From: Rhodosorus marinus CCMP1338
Taxonomy: Eukaryota; Plantae; Rhodophyta
DNA: 64,000 nucleotides
Direction: 5' to 3'
Assembly (NCBI GenBank): GCA_029953675.1
Contig: JAMWBK010000007.1
Location: forward strand, 372,001-436,000
Shown here: positions 57,487-64,000 of the stretch, piece by piece
How the letters are laid out: every line of letters begins with the position of its first letter
Numbering within the stretch: position 1 is the stretch's first letter
Notes under the pieces: generated by a model
What the model saw: the letters and a program-made list of their open reading frames with translations, nothing else
The model's database searches: none
Told to the model about the DNA's origin: nothing
Made by a program: the position numbers and the translations under genes

Positions 57487-58279
57487 TCAAGTCTTTCCTT
57501 GGAGTAGAAATCTGACAGCCTCAGATCTCCCAGAGGGCGCTGAGGATGACACAGTATCGTCCGTGGAAGCGGAAAGTTCTTCAGCGGCCTCTACCTCCGC
57601 TTCAAACGAAAAGAAAATCATCTGGCATCGACGCGCGTGAACGTTAGGTTGGGTCAACCACATGCTGGTCATGATTGACAGGCTTTTTCTGTCTTGGAAG
57701 TCTTCGCGAAGGAACGAGTTGATAATATTTATCTTTGTGTTGTAGTCTCGCAAGTGCATCAGCAGAACCTCTCCCGCCATTTCCTCCCAGGACATTGCAG
57801 GCAGTGTAGCAAACACCGGTAGCTGAGCGGCCCCCGACATCATAGCAGAGTCTGCTACTCTCCTCATGGATTCAAGTACGAGTTTCATCCCACCCAATAG
57901 CCTTTCCATCGTTCGTTTGCTTGCTTCCAGCTCATCCAGTGCTTCTGATCCCATGCGTTCTGCGTTGATTGCAGTTGACCCACCCGGTCCTTCCTCATTC
58001 CTGAAGCCATCGGCCAATTCCCTGTGAAAAAACGCCAAAAAAAGCAAAAAACGAGCCCCCGCCAGCCCATTTTCAGAACTTCCATCTATCAGCTCGCCTA
58101 CCGCAGCATCCCGCTCAAGCTCACCTCAGCACTAGGACGGCGTTCGACGCTTCTACACAACCCCGCCTCCCAGACGTCGAAACGTTCTCCCACGCCTTAG
58201 CATACCTCTTCAACAGATGGAACCCCTTCGAAACCTCATCTCGAAACTTTTCTCTCCGAGAATATCTCTCTTCCTCCAT
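57487..58279 (-). CDS. Small helical protein, possibly C1orf109/CK2S-like (2 exons)
   Basis: Spliced MEEERYSRREKF..AKAWENV..SNAVLVLR/ELADG..; the motif SMWLTQPNV resembles the W..QP signature of that family. Confidence 0.45.
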
Positions 58280-58792
58280 CAGTCTTTTTCATCCAACGCC
58301 CCTCCCCGAAACCACTCCCAGCCTCCAATCCATCTCACTCACCAATCCTGCGCTAAATGCATTCGTCAAGCCTCATCCACTTCGAACAAATGCAACTGTT
58401 TATGTGTCATCAATTTTACCACCGGGAGGTCTGCCTAAATATACTATTATTCAATATTACAGCAAACATTTTGAGCTTTGAGAGATGACGGTTAAACATA
58501 TCATTGAAACGATCGGAATGGGATCCGATGGGAATAGGGTTTTGGCAATGAGGACGGGTTTTTCGATCGGGCTGATCTTTTTTATTTTGGGCTGCTGGAA
58601 AACATGATGTTCTAATTCGTATTCTAAGCAAGGAATTGTCCGGTGCTGATATCGTCACTCCTGTCTACGTGGCGATTGGTTTTGCTCCTTTTTGGTGGGG
58701 TTGGGGTGAGGTTGGGGTGAGGTTGGGGTTGTGAAAAGTCTGTCCTGGAAATCCCGGCTTTTGGCGGACGTTGTTGAAGGAAACAGCACGGG

Positions 58793-59874
58793 ATGGGGGA
58801 TTCTTTGGACTCAGTGAACCCTTCTGTGGTCGGAACAATGAAAGGTTAGTTTATTCTTTCTTCGCTGGAGTTGCCGCGCCTGCCCTCTTCGCTCAGGTTT
58901 TTCCCCGTCGCAGCGATCGCTCCGGCGATCGCTGGCTCCGCCATTTTCACTGATCGATTCACTATTTTGTCTGCTATTGATTTGAAACTAGTTGGTTTGG
59001 CGAGTGGTGCGGTCGCTGGATGTGTTGTAGATGTAGCGCTGTTCCCTTTGGATACTGTAAAAACTCGACTGCAATCGGGGGTCACCCACTCAGGCCCGAT
59101 TTTCAAAGGCATGTATAGGGGTCTTTGGCCTGCCCTCCTCGCCTCCGCACCTGCAGCAGCCACTTTCTTTGGAGCCTATGATGTGACGAAGAGAATAGCT
59201 GGTCAGAACCTGGAGTTGCCAGAACCAGTTACGCATCTGATCGCCGCGGCAGCCGGAGACATCTGCGGGAGCGCAGTCAGGACACCTTTCGAAAAGCTGA
59301 AGCAGAGGTTACAAGCTGGGATGGAGAGAACTACACTAGGAGCACTTCGATCGCTCATTGCGAGAGAAGGAGTGAGAGGACTCTTTCGAGGGTATGGGAA
59401 ATCCAGAAAATCCCTTTTGCTTGGGTCGCGTGGTTCGACGGAATCCGAGCTGAACAATCCAATTTTCGATAATCTCGCAGGTATTCCTCCTTGGTCGTCA
59501 GAGAGCTGCCCTTTGATCTGATTGAGTTTCCCCTCTACGAGTACCTGAAGAAGCGGTGGGCGAAAGAACAGGGTGCAGCGCTTTCCGCTAACCAGAGCGC
59601 ACTCTGCGGATCAATCGCTGGCGGTATCGCCGCAGCCGTAACAACCCCTCTAGACGTGGTGAAGACCCGAATGCTCATCGACACCAGCGACCAAAGCGTG
59701 AACAGGAACGTCCTCTACTACCTGCGATCCGTCGCAGAAAAAGAGGGCGCCAGGGGCGTATTCGCTGGAGTGCTTCCCAGAACCATCTGGATCAGCCTCG
59801 GTGGATTCATATTCTTCGGAGGATACGAATACACCAAAGCCTACCTCCTCCATTCTCAGTTACTAACCAAATAA
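58793..59874 (+). CDS. SAMC: Mitochondrial carrier family protein, S-adenosylmethionine carrier-like (3 exons)
   Basis: GAVAGCVVDVALFPLDTVKTRLQ, RTPFEKLKQRLQ, RELPFDLIEFPLYE, TTPLDVVKTR (three PxD/ExxK signatures). Confidence 0.9.
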
Positions 59875-60339
59875 CCAACGAAGCCAACGAAAACACAATA
59901 CTGACTGAATCAATCAATATTTATTAGGACAAGCTGTCCATCGTGGCATGGCGCTGTCCTCATTGCTCAATATAGGATCGATTATATCTTAGATTTAGAT
60001 GTATATATATCTAATAAACCCAGAAAAGTCTATTGATGAACTAAAAATCTCTTTTAGAGGCGTTTTAGATCATTTAGTGTCTTTTTCTGGTCTGAGATGG
60101 AATAGATTTTGTCATCGATGCAGGAGCTAGTAGGTTTTGGGGAAGATGAATGGGATTAGGTTTACGCTTTTTTGCCTTTCCTTCTGCTAAGTTTTTGGGA
60201 GGAGATGTATTGAAAGGGGAGGGGGGAGAGGGGGGGGACAGGTTTATGGATTGTGGAGTTGGAAGGAATAGAATGGTATAGATTGTCGAATGCTTCTTTG
60301 TTTTTGGTTTTTTTCGTTTCAGATCTTTGTGGTGAGAGG

Positions 60340-61616
60340 ATGTTTGGTGGTCAAGACTCTAAGCAGCATACGGTTCAACCGTATGTGACGGGGACCTCTG
60401 TGATCGGTTTGAAGTGCGCGGATGGAGTTGTTCTGGGTGCAGATACTCTTGGTGAGTATTTTTTTGTGGTCCGAGCTTCCTCGATATTCGTTTTGCTTCG
60501 AGGTTTGATTGACTGGACGGTTTGGTAGCTCGTTTGGCTGGATTGGAATTATGGCATCGATACTCCGATGGCTTGGATGGGCTTTGATAGATAATCGGAC
60601 TCGAGTCGCCGATCATGATATTTGAGTTTCGATTCTTTGATGCCTCGGCTGCAAAATTTTTCAACTCACGCAGCTCCTTCTTTGGGGTTTGAAATTGCTT
60701 AGTGTCGTACGGATCGTTGGCGAAGAACAGGAAAACTTCTAGGCTGATGACAGTATCAAATCACTGCTCCCTTGGATTTTCTGGAGAGTATTCTGATTTC
60801 CAAGAGATCAAGAGCACCCTTGAGGAGTTAATGATTTCTGAATATTGTATGGCAGATAACATTCCGATGCAGCCAAGGTACGGTTACTTGCCTCCCCCCT
60901 TCCCCCCTCCCTGCGAACTAGATTATTTTGTTCTCTACTATTCTCTAAGAAGCATTTTGTGTTCCCCTCGGAATGCGCAGAGCAATTCATCAGTACTTGG
61001 CCCGTGTAATGTATGAGGCGCGAAACAAGCAAGACCCGCTTTACAATCAGCTCGTCATCGGCGGAGTTTTACCAGCTACAGGAGAAGGGTAGGGAATCTA
61101 CTTCTTTACGACGCAACAAGCACCAGCTGGACTCCTAGCTGCTAGGTATCTGAAAGGGTTTATCCAATATCACGACACTTTGTACAGGTATCTTGGTTTG
61201 GTTGATCTGTTAGGCACCAACTATGAAAGTGAGATGATTGCTACGGGCTACGGTACATACATTGCTTTGCCCCTACTTCGTAAGGCCTATCGCCCAGATA
61301 TTACTGTTGCTGAGGGTAGGAAGGTCATCGAGGATTGCTTGAGAGTTTTGTATTATCGCGATGCAAGAAGTATAGACACGGTAATGCAAACTCGGCCAAA
61401 AAAAAGAGGCCTTCATATGTTCCCACGTAACTCAAACGACGGGAGTTACATTTCCTATGCTAAGCTGTTGCCGATTCCAATGTTTACCAACAGGTCCAAA
61501 TTTCAACCGTCACAAAGGAGGGCGCGGAGACGACTGAGCCATTCAAGCTTGAAACATCTTGGGATTTCAAAAAGTTCAAGGCCGGCTCTCGTCTGATTGA
61601 CGAGTCTACCTGGTAG
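60340..61616 (+). CDS. PSMB4: 20S proteasome subunit beta-7 (PSMB4/PRE4 type), multi-exon
   Basis: HTVQPYVTGTSVIGLKCADGVVLGADTL/SYGSLA, FSGEYSDFQ, LARVMYEARNKQDPFYNQLVIGG, ATGYGTYIALPLLRK, LRVLYYRDARS. Confidence 0.95.
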
Positions 61617-61721
61617 TGAAGGATCTTAGTAAAACAATCTTAGCTAGTGTGTAGCCAAAACACCCAACCTCCTCGCGCTTGGCCTATATTCGGGTTTGGA
61701 TTTGATTCTTCAGGCTGCTTG

Positions 61722-63139
61722 TCACTCCTCGTCCGTTCTTTGATAATCATCGCGGAGTTGGCCGATGATAAACTGTGGGAAGGGAAGGCTCTCAAGAAAA
61801 TCTTCCATGTCCTCTCCGTATTCAACCTCACTTGTACCCTTTTCAGAATCATGAAAATCGTGCGAGAGAATTAGAGTCTTCCAGCGGGACGAAGAGAACG
61901 GGACGTGCTTCTTCCTATGCCCTACCTCTGGATGCAGAACGAGCGGCTCAAGCTCTTCTCGCTCGAGGTTTGCTTGTGGCCTTCGTGCTTCAAAGAGTAC
62001 CCTCAACGGCTGTTTATGTGCTCTGTGGAAGACCGTCTGAGTCGAGACAATCTCCAAACCTGATGGTTGGTCCCAAATCTATCAGCGGACGCAGTCTACG
62101 GGCAGGTGCCATCTCCAAACTCATCAAGGCCATGATTACTCGACCTCATCGCTCGCATGTTCTTACCTCCTTTGATCAATCCCTCATATAGTCGTTCCGA
62201 ATGAATGGCATCGTAGATAAAAAACGCCGATGCAACTTGGCTTCCTTCTACAAGAGCGTCATGCGCGGCCCTCGCAAACCCCACGATATCAACTGAACTC
62301 TCAAAATGGGCCAGGAGCTTCTCTTTGCGGGTGGGAGGGGACCTTGAATTGATGTCCCGGTAGAACGGAGGATTACATAGAACAACATCCATTTTGCCCT
62401 GTACAATTTGTGAGATATCGCCCGCTATCAGGACTTAGCCGAAAATCGATTTCTTCGCTACGACACGGACGCCTACCTCTATACTTGATGGAAGGCCGTG
62501 AGCTAGGTCATGGCAGACCACCGTGCTTCTGGGTACGAGACCATTCAAGGCGAGATTTCGGTCAGCTCGAGCAGCCAGGTCCGCTTGCAGTTCTACAAGT
62601 TCCATATTCGCTCCTTGGTTATGGTTTCCGTATAATACTGATACGAGTGCATTTCCAGCGCCGAGGTCGAGAGCTCGGTGCTCCGAATCCCCTGAAAGTC
62701 CTACAAACACGAGCCAGAGTACGGCGTCAGACGCTCTACCAAGCAGCTGGCATGATCTACATGCTAGCCTCCAGAAGGCCTGTCTCCAAATTCGGAAGGT
62801 ACCTCGAGCTTCCCTTCTCCTAGTTGCGAAATAGGCTAGACTTTGGGAGTCAGTGTTTGCTCGGTAACCTCTTCTTGACTGTAGCAGGAGTACTTTCTTT
62901 CGAAGAAAAAGGTCCAAGGTTTCTCCTTCGTCGGGTCTTAATTCAGTAGGCAACCTTTCTAAATCGCCTTCTGACCACCGGTCCCTTTTTCTTCTTGTAT
63001 ACCACTGTTTACTCCGTGCGTCGACGGTCATCGCGATGGGGTTCCCTCTTGGACCTCGTGGTTCACATACCGCTGGTTTCAACCATTGCGCATTCTCGCG
63101 AGAAGCCCTAGACACGCAGTCCACAAAAAAAACGCTCAT
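61722..63139 (-). CDS. tRNA1(Val) A37 N6-methyltransferase (TrmN6/YfiC)-like SAM-dependent methyltransferase with putative organelle targeting peptide (multi-exon)
   Basis: DETLD.FL..V.LLQSRRGYRANTDS..L, ALDLGAGNAL, VELQADLAARADRNLALNG, DVVLCNPPFY (NPPF), KQPLRVLFEARR. Confidence 0.8.
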
Positions 63140-64000
63140 GTAGACCCTGTCTCAAAACGAAAATCCGCTGACGGCTTTCGCCTCCAACTCCAGACACTCT
63201 TGCCCACGCCGCCGGAACCGCGGGCGACAAAACTCGTTAAGAATTCAACCGGAACCCAACCCTTCGCAAGTGTCTCAGGTATAACCCAAGGAACTTCATA
63301 AAGCGGAGAGAACGCTCTATATCCCCAGATCTTAGCAGCTGGAGAGGGTGAGGGCCGGCTTCATCCAAAGCACCGACAAGCACCGAGGTGCACAACCTCG
63401 TCAAAGGGCATGGGCTAGGATTCGGCCAGCACGGCCTTTGTCAAGCCGCCTAACTTACAGGTACGGAGTGTTGATTCGTGAAATAACAGTGAAAGACGAC
63501 ACTTGAATCTTTCAGAATGTGTAGGTAGGCCTGAGATGTCACTGCATGACAGCCGTCAAAAGCAAGACCTAGCCCACCCTAAAGCATCGACTGGCGAGTT
63601 GCAACTGTTCGCAAACGAACCGGCGTGTTGTGCATAAATATCTTTTTCAATATCCCAACTTAATCCAATGGAAAGTTCTATTATAATGTAAGTTGAAAAT
63701 TATCAGTTATTATTGGACTATTGTTAGGATATTTGAAAGGATATTTAAAATAGGTCGTTTTATTATGGAAAACAGTTCCTCTCAAAATAAAAAGTCACCA
63801 GTAAACGGCCCTTCGCAAAGTGCTGCTTGGACGTGAGTGGCAGCGATGTGGAGCGTTTCGGTCAACACGGGCTGAAGGTTTGAATGAGGATCTGGTAGGT
63901 TTTCCTTTCGCCAAGAATTTCCGGAAATTTTCAACCAGTCTGAATCGTTTCAGGAGTGATTTGAATAGAATGGAGAACGGTGTCCTTCGGATCGCGCATT

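Noticed and set aside
1-64000. CRISPR arrays, rRNA or tRNA genes, prokaryotic operons or defence systems
   Set aside because: No regularly spaced repeat-spacer array, tRNA T-loop context or rRNA signature was seen; the sequence is spliceosomal-intron-containing eukaryotic DNA.
63970-64000. ATG GAG AAC GGT.. possible start of a next gene
   Set aside because: Only 10 codons lie inside the window, so it cannot be supported.

Overview
Eukaryotic nuclear DNA, compact and gene-dense, with short GT-AG introns of about 50-120 nt that often carry a CTRAY-like branch point. Many plastid-type N-terminal transit peptides (MAFV.., MGFVG..) and the gene content (DUF760, Rubisco-LSMT-like, FAD4-like, RseP/ARASP, plant-like cryptochrome, cytosolic animal/fungal-type ADSL) suggest a photosynthetic alga, most plausibly a red alga (inference). 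About 27 protein-coding loci could be reconstructed by hand across introns. There are also three transposon-derived fragments (pogo/CENP-B-type HTH, CRE-like non-LTR, Ty3/gypsy), microsatellites, and AT-rich promoter islands with clustered CCAAT boxes. No tRNA, rRNA or CRISPR array was recognised. The most interesting observations are: (1) two tandem paralogues fusing an FkbM-like methyltransferase fold to a Fringe/GT31 glycosyltransferase; (2) a cryptochrome-like protein with eroded FAD-pocket/Trp motifs, a large insertion and extensions; (3) a FAD4-like protein lacking its His boxes; (4) a stand-alone, catalytically intact phosphatase resembling the NADK2 N-terminal module; (5) a speculative telomerase-template-like motif beside a perfect hairpin. 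All exon boundaries are manual and approximate, and all family assignments rest on recalled motifs, not database searches.
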